A DNA stretch of 63,978 nucleotides, the filler included, from Chrysochromulina tobinii (taxonomy: Eukaryota), in the NCBI GenBank assembly GCA_001275005.1. It is 11 parts of 11 records of this genome, joined end to end, with 100 filler letters (N's around TTAATTAATTAA, not from the genome) between each part and the next. Parts side by side here need not be neighbours in the genome. Positions count along the whole stretch, not along the records: positions 16,148 to 29,518 come from JWZX01000185.1; positions 29,619 to 35,556 come from JWZX01000186.1; 9 more parts are not named here. One strand, written 5' to 3'. Positions within the stretch are counted from its first letter, which is position 1, and the number at the start of each line of letters is the position of its first letter. The notes under the pieces were generated by a model, which worked only from the letters and a program-made list of their open reading frames with translations, was not told the origin of the DNA and did not search any database. Below, piece after piece: positions 21,028-31,333 of this stretch. Made by a program: the position numbers and the translations under genes.

Positions 21028-24000
21028 TTAGACCCGCTGATCGTCCACGCCATGAGCAATCCTACGAGACCGTTCATCCGAGCCTCGAATGCGGGCGGCC
21101 TCCTCCGCGGCGACGGCCCGGTCGAATTCGGCGAGCTCGACCTTCTCATCAAGCTCCTGGAGCGAGTCGTACACAAAGGTGCGGTTGTGGATAGGATCGA
21201 CGGCGTAGTTACCCTGCCCGTCTTTCGACAGATGGTGCACAAACTCCGTCTTCGGGTCGAAGTAGTACTTGGAGCTAAGGTTCGTGCGGAAGGTGCGCCA
21301 GTGGGGTAGCGGTTCGATGGGCGTGAGCCCTGGCTCGTCCTCGTCAGCAGGCTTGCCATCGGCGCTGGCGCTGGCCGCTTGGAGCTCGACGTCGCCGTCG
21401 TCCTCGACGATCTCGATCTGCTCGCCTGAAAGGTCGGCGCGCCCCGTGATGAGGAGCAGCCCGTCCTTGATCCAGAGTAGAGCTAGCAGCAGCAGGAAGC
21501 TGATCGAGATGGTCTTCAGCATGTCGTTGGAGGGGAGGGGCTCGAATAGCGGCGGCGGCGGCGACGGGAAGAGCGGGAACGTTCTGTTGATGGGGCCCAA
21601 CGGCGGCGGCGACGGCGGCGGCGGCGGCGACGGCGGCGGCCGCGTGAACGTAAACGGCGGCGGCGCCAACGGCTGCGACGGCGGCTCGTAAGTTGTTGTG
21701 ACGGGCGTGTACACGGTGACGAGCAGCCATGTGCCGACGGAATGGAGGAGGACGGTGGTGAAGCAGGCAATGCCAGAGTTGCGCCGTTTGCGCAGCAGCC
21801 AGAGATGGCCTGAGCAGATCAGACCCGTGGTGAAGTACGCGCGCCGCACAAGCCCGAACTTTTCGGAGCCAATCTGGCGTTGGAGGAATGAGTTGGGGCG
21901 CATATCGGCGTAGTCGGCGATGAAACGTGCGAGGTTGATTCCGAAACAAATGAAGCCGGCGACGAGCGTCAAAAAGTTGGCGTCGTCCCGACGGCCGACG
22001 GCGGCATACTGGCGCGACGTCAGTCCGGTGAGAATGCCGATCGTCGAGAGGGAACAAAAGAGCTGCCAGTCGTACGGCCTCTCAAACGATTTGAAGTGGA
22101 AGCCACCCAAGAGTCCCACAGGGGAGCCCCAGACGACGAAGACATTCCACCAGAGGCTCGTCTCCTCGACGTACTGCAGCCGGTTGCGTGCGACTAGCCG
22201 CAGGTCGGACAGCCACCAAACGAGAGAGATGAAAAGGCAGCCGCCGCCGACGATGTCGACGGCGAGGCTGTCGCCCGCTGTAAATTTCGACGTGTCGCCT
22301 TGGGAGGCGTCGCCCTCGTTGGCCCTCATATAGAGCCACGTCAGGCAGTAGAGCCCTGCGCCGTACATGTTGAGAATGACGAACGCCTTCCACGAGACCT
22401 TGTTCGCGACTATCCGGTGCATCCCAAACAGTAGCCCGCCGAACAGCCACGAGAACAGGATGTTCCAATACAGAGGCGACTCGTTCGTGGGGCGGAGGGT
22501 GCTGTGCATGATGGCGCGCAGGTCGACAGCGAGGCGGGCGAGGAGGGTGAAGAGGAAGCCCGCGGCGAGGATGGCCACGATGAGGCGTATGAAAGTAAAG
22601 CCAAACAGTCTCTCAGTCAGGCCGAGCGCCGCGTCGGCTGCGAGCCCAAAGCCGACGAAGGCGAGCGACGGGTACAGAGCTGCCGAGCGGTAGCGCCGGA
22701 GCAGCAGACGATGCATGCCGACGGTTCCCAGGAGTCCCCATGAGCCTAGGAAGATCCAAAACTCGACTGCGGGGGCGTGCTGCACCCCGAGGCGCCCGCG
22801 CAGGAGCTGCGCACCGTCGCGAAACCAGAGGGTGAGCGAACCACCCACGAGCACGATGCCCAAGGTCATGCACAGCCGGTAGGCACTCACGAGCGTCCCA
22901 CTTCCAGCCTCGATCCAAAGCAGACAGGCCATCCCGAGCAGCGCGCAGTGCACGGACGCGTGCACATAGTGCCGCAGCACCCACCGGTGCGCGCAGCATG
23001 GCAGGCCAAGGATGAGCCACCAGAGGCGAAGGCTGAGCTGATCGAACGACGCGATCGGCGATGCCGCCTCCCTTGCCGCCCTTGGCGCCTCCGCAGTCGC
23101 GCCTCTCCCATCGCCGCCGCTGCCGCTGCCGCTCACGTTGTGCCCTTGCCGCCGAGGGCGCGCGGCGGCGGCGGCGGCAACGGCGGTGGCGGCGGCGGCG
23201 GCGACTTCCTTCTCCGTCCGGTGATAGCGCAGCCCGGCTACCATGGGAAGGAGGAGGATGCCGTCGCGCAGCCAGAGGAGCACGGCGATGACAGCAAAGA
23301 TGGATCCAAGCACCCGCACGTAATTCGACTCGAGGTTCGGGTAATCTCTGGCTTGCACGCGCACTGGGTCGAGCAGCGCCGTGCCGGCGATGATGAGCGT
23401 CAAACCGAGCACCGTCGCGCCGAACTGGAGGCTCGCAACTCGCCACGAGCGCACCCCGACGCGATGGGCGCCGAACACGCCACCCACGGCCCAGAGCAGC
23501 AGCAGAAGCCAGAAGCGCAGGGGCGGTGCCGTCACCAGCCGATGCACGCGCGCTTCCTCTTGCTGGTTGCGCACGAGAAACGCCGCCAGTGAGGCAGCGC
23601 CCGGCTCCGCGTCGCCCTCGCCCTCGCCGTCAACGGCACCGCCCCGGGCGACGCATGCCGCTGCCGCCGCCCGCGTCCGGACCAGCTGCCGGTGGCGTAT
23701 CAGCTCGTCGCTTTGGCTGAAGCCCTTGTAACCACGCCGCCGCTCCTCGCGCCAAGCCTCGAGAGTCCCGCGCGAGGCAGTGTCGTCGCTGCGCGGCAGC
23801 AGCGAGCCCATCGAGAAGGCCGAGCTGGAGCGACAATCGTCGTCTAAATTGAGGTCAGTCATCCGCACCGGCATGCCGTCCGCCTTTTGAAGCTGATCTA
23901 CCGCCGAAAGTACGAAGGACGTATCCGCCTGCGCGGCCTCGATCGCGGAGGAGAAGAACTCTTGGCGCTCCCGGCGCCGACTCGCATCCTTCTTTGCCCG

Positions 24001-24159
24001 GTTCAGCCCCGCATTGGCCGATATAATCGCCCTGACGGGCGAGTACTGGATACCGTAATCAGGCCGCGGCGTCGGGTCAAGCGTGGGGTGATCGCACGTG
24101 CAGATGGCAGGTGGCGGAGGGCGGTCCCGCCGTCGCCTCAGCGGCGAGGACGTCAACAT
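21028..24159 (-). CDS. Polytopic membrane protein with about six TM2-like repeats and a C-terminal WW/OCRE-like segment
   Basis: GGVFGAHRVG, LPCCAHRWVL, GTVGMHRLLL, LLFGMHRIVA, LLGGFHFKS and LICSGHLWLL, each flanked by hydrophobic helices. LPHWRTFRTNLSSKYYFDPKT near the C-terminus. Confidence 0.75.
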   Translation of the reverse strand: MLTSSPLRRRRDRPPPPAICTCDHPTLDPTPRPDYGIQYSPVRAIISANAGLNRAKKDASRRRERQEFFSSAIEAAQADTSFVLSAVDQLQKADGMPVRMTDLNLDDDCRSSSAFSMGSLLPRSDDTASRGTLEAWREERRRGYKGFSQSDELIRHRQLVRTRAAAAACVARGGAVDGEGEGDAEPGAASLAAFLVRNQQEEARVHRLVTAPPLRFWLLLLLWAVGGVFGAHRVGVRSWRVASLQFGATVLGLTLIIAGTALLDPVRVQARDYPNLESNYVRVLGSIFAVIAVLLWLRDGILLLPMVAGLRYHRTEKEVAAAAATAVAAAAAARPRRQGHNVSGSGSGGDGRGATAEAPRAAREAASPIASFDQLSLRLWWLILGLPCCAHRWVLRHYVHASVHCALLGMACLLWIEAGSGTLVSAYRLCMTLGIVLVGGSLTLWFRDGAQLLRGRLGVQHAPAVEFWIFLGSWGLLGTVGMHRLLLRRYRSAALYPSLAFVGFGLAADAALGLTERLFGFTFIRLIVAILAAGFLFTLLARLAVDLRAIMHSTLRPTNESPLYWNILFSWLFGGLLFGMHRIVANKVSWKAFVILNMYGAGLYCLTWLYMRANEGDASQGDTSKFTAGDSLAVDIVGGGCLFISLVWWLSDLRLVARNRLQYVEETSLWWNVFVVWGSPVGLLGGFHFKSFERPYDWQLFCSLSTIGILTGLTSRQYAAVGRRDDANFLTLVAGFICFGINLARFIADYADMRPNSFLQRQIGSEKFGLVRRAYFTTGLICSGHLWLLRKRRNSGIACFTTVLLHSVGTWLLVTVYTPVTTTYEPPSQPLAPPPFTFTRPPPSPPPPPSPPPLGPINRTFPLFPSPPPPLFEPLPSNDMLKTISISFLLLLALLWIKDGLLLITGRADLSGEQIEIVEDDGDVELQAASASADGKPADEDEPGLTPIEPLPHWRTFRTNLSSKYYFDPKTEFVHHLSKDGQGNYAVDPIHNRTFVYDSLQELDEKVELAEFDRAVAAEEAARIRGSDERSRRIAHGVDDQRV

Positions 24160-24590
24160 TCCTTCCAACCAGTGTTCCAACGCAAAAAAAGACAACAAAA
24201 TCGCGTTGGAAGACGATCGCGTTGTATTGGTCATATCTGAGTTCAAAGAAAATAGTACAGTAGGACGACGGTAGGTTAGTGATTGTGGCTCATCAACCTA
24301 CACAAAGGCAGCCTGGTCAGCTCTTCAAATCCTAAGGTCAACGATCCTGCCCAGCAACATGTTGAAGGAAAACGCGGTCTCACCCGGCGACCGAGCCGCA
24401 GCCGGGACACACGCACAGGGCACTAACACGGAACCGACACCCAAATGGCGTCTTGTACAGTATGGGCCCGCGTGCCAAGACGGGGTCCCCCCCCCCCGGA
24501 GCCTCGGAGCATCTGCAGTGCTCACTACAGTGCCTCTCACAAGCCATCCCAGATCCCTCCCGGCTCTCCTACGTCCCACACGCTGCGCCA

Positions 24591-27119
24591 TCACCCGAGC
24601 TCCGCGAGGTTGCCATACGAGGCGCTCATACTTCCAAGGCCGGCCTTCATCTTCCTTCCCATCCCGCCACCCCCTGCGCCGCTAGTTTCGCTGCCGGCCG
24701 TGCCGAGCGCCATCCCGGGCGCGCGGAAGCCGATGGAGCACAGGAGCTCAAGCAGGCTCACGACCTCGCGATAGTCGTCCAGGTAGCGCTCCGCCTCAGA
24801 GGGCTTGCGCCCGACGGTGACGGTGAACACTCCGGCGTCCGTCTTGCCACGTTTGGCGTGCAGCGCAGAGAACATGAGCTCATCGGTAGAGTCATCTCCA
24901 GCGCAAAGGATGAAGTCGACCTTGCCGCCGCCGTCGGCCTCAAGCAGGTCGAGCATGAGGCTCGCCATCGCCCCCTTGTTGATGTCCTTGTGGCACGCCT
25001 CGACGTACCCCTTGCCGGTGCGCACGACCACTGGGAAGTCAGCCAGCACGTGCTGCAGCGACATCTGCAGCTCCTTGCTCGACATGGCGCCGAACTCGGG
25101 ATCGCTGTCCGTGAAGTCGTACAGGATCGACGAGCCCTTCTGCTGCACGAACGCGCCGTGCGTGCGGGTCGCGTACATGCTCATCACACTGTGCGCGATG
25201 GAGCGCCACTGGTCATCCGCCTTGAGCGGCTGCCGCCACTCGCCCGAGCGCAGCCGGTACTCGAAGCCGTGCTCGACCGCAAGGGAGAGGCCGGGCACCG
25301 CCCCGAAGGCGGCCTCGACTTTGTCCTTCGAGAGGCCCGACATGATCATCACGTCGCACGACGGGTGCGCGGACAGGGCCGCGAGCGCGTCGAGCACGGG
25401 GCGCGGCAGCGCGTAGCCGGTGGCGTCGCGTTGGTCGTAGAAGGCTTTGACCGAGGGCGCGAGGGTGCCCCCCCAGTCGAGGAGGAGGAGTCGGCGCGAC
25501 GCGCGCTGGAAGGCCTCGATCGTGCTCGAGCTATCGAGGGGCTTGAAGCCCGCGCCCATGCCCACCAGACGAAACTTCGCATGGCCGAAGCCCACGCGCA
25601 CAAAGTCGCCCTCCGTCTTGGCCGCCGTCGCCTTCAGCTCCCGCAGGAAGCGCTGCGCAAAGGCCTCATTAGTACAGCGCATGACGTGCTCAAAGTCCTT
25701 GGCGGCACGCGCTGCGCGCTCCTCGATTTGCATCTGGAGCGCTGTGTCGAGCGTCTCGACGAGCTCGGTCTGCGAGTTTGGGTTGATGCGCAGGCAGCCG
25801 TTGAGCACGCGTGCGAAGCCGGTGAACTCGGACAGGACGAGCACGCCCGGTGGCTGCATGCTCAGCTGGCGTGCGAGCACATACTCGAGAGGGAAGACGT
25901 TGATGGCCTCGCGCAACGCCGTCACGAGCAGCACGCTGCACGCGCACCAGAGTCGCAGCCGCTCGATCGGTGTCAGGTGCGAGCGCACTTCAAAGTGCAC
26001 CGAGCCCGGGAAGGTCGCATTGATCCGCGCCACGATGCCTCGGAGCTCCGCCTCAACGGCCGGCGCAGTGTTGAGCGCGATGCGGTTGCGCGCGCCCACG
26101 CACACCTGCACGAGGGTGTAGCCCTGCCGGTAGTGTGGGTAGTCACGAAGCAGCGCCTCCCAAGCGAGCAGCTTCGCCGCCACCCCCTTGAGCCGGTCCA
26201 GGTAGTCGAGCCCGCCCAGGAGCACGTGCCCGGGCATGCGGTGCGGCCGGCTGCACACGTCGAAGAGGGCGACGTCGGCCGCGTTCGGAGTCACCACAAA
26301 CTCGGGCGCCTTGAGCCAGCGATCGACCTGCTTCGGCGAGATGCCAAACGTGCAAATCTGCACGTGCACGTGCCGACCCTCATACTCGACGCCGAGGAAG
26401 CCCCCCTTTTGGAACTCGTACTCAAGCCCTAGCATCCGCTTGCAGCAGGTGAGGAAGTTGCGCGCGTACTCGAAGAGGAGGAAGCCGACCAGGTCGACGT
26501 TGAGGAGCGATCGGAGCAGCTCGAGACGCACGGCGACGGTACGCCACACGTCCGACGCCGGGAAGGGCGCATGCAGGAAGAAGCCGATCTTGGCCAGCGG
26601 CATCTTGCGAACGATGCACGAGGGTGCGAGCATCAGATGGTAGTCGTGCACCCAGATCATCTCGTTGCCCTCGCCATCGTTCCCATAGTTCTCGAGCACC
26701 TTGTCAGCAAAGAGCTGGTTCACTTGGCAGTAGGCGCGCCATTCGTCGGGCTGGAACGGGTCGGTGCTCTGGATCACGTGCATTTGGTTGTGCATCATTG
26801 GCGCCAGGTACTGACGGCAGAATCGGTGGTAGTACCGCTCCTTGAGGTCGGCATCGAGAAAAAGGACGACCGAGTTGTACTGCTGGAGCAGCAGACGCTC
26901 GAGCCGATCCTGCTCCATCTGGTCAGGCACGTCCAGCTCGATGCATCCCACGTACGTGATCCTCGTCGGCAGGCCCATGCCGGACATGTCGATGCCACGC
27001 TCGTCATCCCACTGGATGTTGTAGCCGTCGCCCGCCCGCTCCACGCGGAGCGGCAAATGGTAGGCGACGATGATCACGTGGTCCGCACGGTCCAGGGTAG
27101 GCGGCTCCTTGGCGAGCAT
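24591..27119 (-). CDS. TPS: Trehalose-6-phosphate synthase/phosphatase (GT20 + HAD TPP), intronless
   Basis: WRAYCQVNQLFADKV, IWVHDYHLML, IGFFLHAPFP, LVLSEFTG; TPP part LLLDWGGTL, AVEHG, INKG, CAGDDSTDE. Confidence 0.95.
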   Translation of the reverse strand: MLAKEPPTLDRADHVIIVAYHLPLRVERAGDGYNIQWDDERGIDMSGMGLPTRITYVGCIELDVPDQMEQDRLERLLLQQYNSVVLFLDADLKERYYHRFCRQYLAPMMHNQMHVIQSTDPFQPDEWRAYCQVNQLFADKVLENYGNDGEGNEMIWVHDYHLMLAPSCIVRKMPLAKIGFFLHAPFPASDVWRTVAVRLELLRSLLNVDLVGFLLFEYARNFLTCCKRMLGLEYEFQKGGFLGVEYEGRHVHVQICTFGISPKQVDRWLKAPEFVVTPNAADVALFDVCSRPHRMPGHVLLGGLDYLDRLKGVAAKLLAWEALLRDYPHYRQGYTLVQVCVGARNRIALNTAPAVEAELRGIVARINATFPGSVHFEVRSHLTPIERLRLWCACSVLLVTALREAINVFPLEYVLARQLSMQPPGVLVLSEFTGFARVLNGCLRINPNSQTELVETLDTALQMQIEERAARAAKDFEHVMRCTNEAFAQRFLRELKATAAKTEGDFVRVGFGHAKFRLVGMGAGFKPLDSSSTIEAFQRASRRLLLLDWGGTLAPSVKAFYDQRDATGYALPRPVLDALAALSAHPSCDVMIMSGLSKDKVEAAFGAVPGLSLAVEHGFEYRLRSGEWRQPLKADDQWRSIAHSVMSMYATRTHGAFVQQKGSSILYDFTDSDPEFGAMSSKELQMSLQHVLADFPVVVRTGKGYVEACHKDINKGAMASLMLDLLEADGGGKVDFILCAGDDSTDELMFSALHAKRGKTDAGVFTVTVGRKPSEAERYLDDYREVVSLLELLCSIGFRAPGMALGTAGSETSGAGGGGMGRKMKAGLGSMSASYGNLAELG

Positions 27120-27985
27120 GAAGCGCGAATGACTGCGATGTGCGGCACCGCAATCTCCGGTCACGTCAGGTTGCAAACGCGACGGAAAAGTTGTGATCTC
27201 TCGGAGATCGCGGCGCCGTGTTGGACACTTAGTAAAGGTCCCCTCACAATCGTTCCCATCTTAAACCGGATGGGCCGGACGGCTGCGACACAACCGCTGT
27301 ACTCGCTCTCGCGAGCTCCCCCCGCGGTTCAACCGCGGTTCCGCGCATCGAGATGCCGCTTGAGCTTACGCAGCCCAAGGCGTAGGCTGGTCAAATGGTG
27401 AGGGCGCGCACGGAGGAGTGACCCTACAATGATGTAACAAAATGCAGGCATGCAGCCTGCGTCGAGTCCAATTCATGGCAAGATTCATGGTCGGGTCTGC
27501 GCCCACTTGCACGTTCGGCGACAGCCCGGTGGTCCGGCGAGGTCCGAGGACCGATCGTGGACTAATCGTGGACTGTGGTCTGTGGTGATGACCTGGACGC
27601 TGTCTGAGCCTGTCTCACTCACTTACTCAATACTCATGATACAATTGTCATGATCTCATGTCTCAGGCCAAGCCGGTAAGTCGACGAAAATGGCTAGTGT
27701 TCATAGACTGAAAATAGACTGAAAAAAAGCACGATCAATGCACGCCCGCGCCCGAGACCCGTTTATATACTGCTCGTGTTTATAAACACGACGACGCCTG
27801 GTTAAACACAGGGGTCAAAACCACTTTGGATGGCCGGGTGGGTGGCGACAACTTGGCTTGGCTTACCTTGACTTGACTCGTCCGGCGAAAACTCAAAACA
27901 GTTGGGGGGGTAGACGAAAGAGAACGCTCATGACGACGCACATTTTGATCGCGGGAAACGCATAGGTCATTCACTGGTTTTATTC

Positions 27986-29518
27986 ATGGGAAAGCACAGC
28001 CGCCACGCATTCCGTTCCGACGCAGCAAAGAGCATTCGCCGACCGGCTGGGCAGCACCGCGATGGCAATGTTACCCACCCTCCTCCAGACGCGCCCGTCG
28101 TGACCGTCATCTTGACCAATCCCGGAGCGCGCGCGCAAGCAATTCCCACCAACATGGAGGCGTCCGTCGTCTCCATCGAGCCCAAGAGGATCCTCACGCG
28201 CATCGAGCAGTGCGCCGCCGACGCCGCCGAGCTCCCGACGCTTCAGGCCAGCTCGGGCATCGCCTCGGTCGTCCTCGACATGATTGACCTAATCGTCACT
28301 CCATCCACCGGAATCGGAGCGACCAAAACGGAGATCAACGAGCGCTCCTCCCCAGAAGCAGTCACAGCCTATACGGCAATGCTCATCAGCGAGATCTCGA
28401 CCCGCATCAAGGAGCGCGGCGATTTCGAGAGCATCGCGAACTTCTCGGCGAGCGGGGTCCCAGACGTCGTCGCCATCCGCCACAAGGAGGCCAAGCTCGG
28501 GTTCAGCGGCCAGTTCAAGGTGCGCGTATTCGCAGCCAACGCGGAGTACCTGCAGAACACCATCGCTTGCATCGCGATCACGACGCCCTCGATGGCCAGC
28601 GTCGAGTGCGACTACGAGATCATCCTGCCCGCAACCGCCATGCCGGCCAAAATCGTAAACGCCCTGGCCGCACAGACGGGGGGCAACCTCGCAGGCGTCA
28701 AGAGCATCCTGCGGCGCGACCGCACGCGCATCGGCGACAAAGCGGTGTCATACCAGTTCGGCATGACGCAGGCGCAGAAGGACCTCGTCCAGGCACGTGG
28801 ATACCTTGTCCACCTCGGACAACTCGGTCAGTTCAACCCGTCGCCCGTCGTGATCCGCCCAACGATGGAGACGTTCTTTGTCTACGGCACCACAGGCGTG
28901 GCGAGCGCGGAGCTGGACCTCAAGCCGGCCGTCGCTGAGGCCCTGGGCTGCTCGACCGACCTCGTGTCCACCAAGGGCTGCTCAGGCGCCAACCGCGCGG
29001 CTGGACAAGTCATTGCAGTCACCTACCCGTACTCGATCACCACGTACGACGCCGTCACGATGCTCCTGACGATCGGATGCTTCAAGCTCGTCAATCCTCG
29101 CGTGCAAGGCGCGAAGCCCCTCACGCTCACGCTCGCTGCCACCCCGCCCGAGCTGGAGCGCATGATCGGGATCCGCTTCATGCCGCAGATCACTGAGAAG
29201 GTCGAGGAGAATGAAGAGGTTGAGATCTTCGAGTACGCCGCCCCTTTTATCGGTGCGCCACGCCTCGTTCCCCTCCTTGAGTGGGAAGCCGCGCAGCTCC
29301 TAGCCCGTGCAGCACTCCCAGCCCTGCAACAATCCAGCTTGCTACCAGTGTCCCCTGGGATTAGCCCAACTCCAGCTCCAACTCCAACTCCAACTCCAGC
29401 TCCAACTCCAATTCCAACTCCAATTCCAACTCCAACCGTGGTTCCAACCCCCCCCGTTCGCAGCATACGTGGCCCCCGCCGCGGCAAATACGGCAGCCCG
29501 CACGGCAGCGGCAGCGGC
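27986..29518 (+). CDS. Unknown protein, 3'-truncated by gap; possible non-LTR retroelement ORF1; (PT)n tail
   Basis: Intronless ORF of >500 aa with coding-like codon usage; CCAACT repeats at 29366-29437; no recognised catalytic motif. Confidence 0.5.
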
Positions 29519-29618
29519 NNNNNNNNNNNNNNNNNNNNNNNNNNNNNNNNNNNNNNNNNNNNTTAATTAATTAANNNNNNNNNNNNNNNNNNNNNNNNNN
29601 NNNNNNNNNNNNNNNNNN

Positions 29619-30698
29619 GACGGCGGCAGCGGCGGCGACGGCCCAACGCCCGCCAAAAGCGTCGTACTGGGCATTCCAACGCAGGGGGGTACGCCCAGTA
29701 CGGTGCCCAGGCCGTCGCCCAGTACGGCGCGTCCTTCCTCTGCGCGCCCCTCGGGCCCGCGGACCGGGTGCAGCAGCGCTCGATCCATCGTGAGCGCCGG
29801 CGGCAGCTGGGCAAGCAATTGCTCGGCGGGCTCGACCTCAGCGCGCTGGTCCGCGCTGTGCACGCCAGCGCCGGGATCGTACGATGAGGGCGTCTCTCGC
29901 GACGATCTCGCGGTCAAGGGTAAGCGCTGGTTCTCGTCGACCGCCAGCGTCGGCAACAACCAGTTCGGATCGACCTCGAATCGCGAGGACGGCATCCTCA
30001 ACGAGTCCATCAAGAACACGGGCGATCCGGGTGCGTATGACCCGAATAGCTTGAACAAGGAGGATGTCTTTACGCGCGCAAAGCGCACGCACAATGCCGA
30101 GGGGCGCAAGGGCAACGCGCAATTCAACCAGGTACGATTGCCATTGATTACATTGAGTAAATAGATTACCTCTGATTAACTCTGATTAACTCTGAGTACC
30201 CTCGCGCAATTCAAACAGCTCTGCCCCAAGGGCGATGGCATCGACTTTTGGGGCAAGTCACGCGCCGAGATGGGCGCGAAGGGCTACGACGCCGGCACGT
30301 ATGATTACTCCCACCTGTATGGTTGCGCTCGGGGCGACACCAAGTTTGGGCCGGTGACCCCGGTGCACTCGCCGTTCATTTCGGCGCTGCCACTCGGCGG
30401 CCATGTGCGCTACAGTCGCAACCCGGGAGTGGGCGACTACAATGCAGAGCCTTCAGCGGGCTATGTGCGCCGCAAGTCCAATTACTCGAAGCGCGGCTCA
30501 TCGGTGTTTGCGGATCAGATGAGGCAGCACCCACTCCATGAGGAGGGGAACCCCTCTCAGACGCCTGAGGATGTCGGGCCGGGCAAGTACAATGACTTCG
30601 TCGGGATGCGCGACCGCTCGCTCGCGCGTGCGAACCCGAAGCTGCCGCCATTCAACTCCTCCAGTCAACGCTCAGATCCCACCAATTGGGCCGCCTGA
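29619..30698 (+). CDS. ODF3/SHIPPO1-like sperm-tail PG-rich repeat (flagellar) protein, 5'-truncated, intron 30132-30218
   Basis: Repeats TPAPGSYD, GDPGAYDP, NPGVGDYN, VGPGKYN; a phase-0 GT-AG intron joins the two ORFs in frame. Confidence 0.75.
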
Positions 30699-31333
30699 CA
30701 TGCGCACGTTACCCGCCGTCATCGCGCGGCTCTCATAATGACGGCTCTCATAACGGCTCTCACACACATAGGCATGCCCCACACACCCCGAGAGGCGATC
30801 GAATAGGATACAGATTTCTCGAACATGCATCCTCCGGCAGAGCGGGGCGGTGACCGGTAGCGGTCGCCCGGGGCGACTGTCGTGACCGTGTGTGTGGTCA
30901 CTGGACTGCGGTCCCAGCGCCCCAGCGCTCCCAGCGCAGCGCGCACCGGCTCAGTCTTTTTATCTGCGACGGGTCTGGAGCGCGTCAAGCTGCACGCCAT
31001 TCGATCTTCATTCGTTCAGGATTTTGCACCGTAAGACGAGTTAAAAAGCGCATCGTCGGCTGTACCGTACTTCGTACTAGTACCTCAGAAAGTAATACAG
31101 CCTTGCCACGCGAATGTACACAGTGTACGGTACACACGATACTCAATGCGTCTGTGTCTGTGTGCGCCCGAGCGGAGAGTGACGCCCGCCCATCTCGCAG
31201 CGCCTAGCCCGACACGATCACGAAGCAAGCTCCAGCACGCTTGTGTTCTTTCCTCCCGTTTCCTGGGTCTCTGCGCTGCCTTACTTGCTGCCTTTTCGCT
31301 CCGACTCCCGAAAGCGCGTCCTCATGTAAGTCC

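Noticed and set aside
24453..26432. 659-aa plus-strand ORF and many similar long antisense ORFs
   Set aside because: Shadows of high-GC3 genes on the opposite strand; no motifs.
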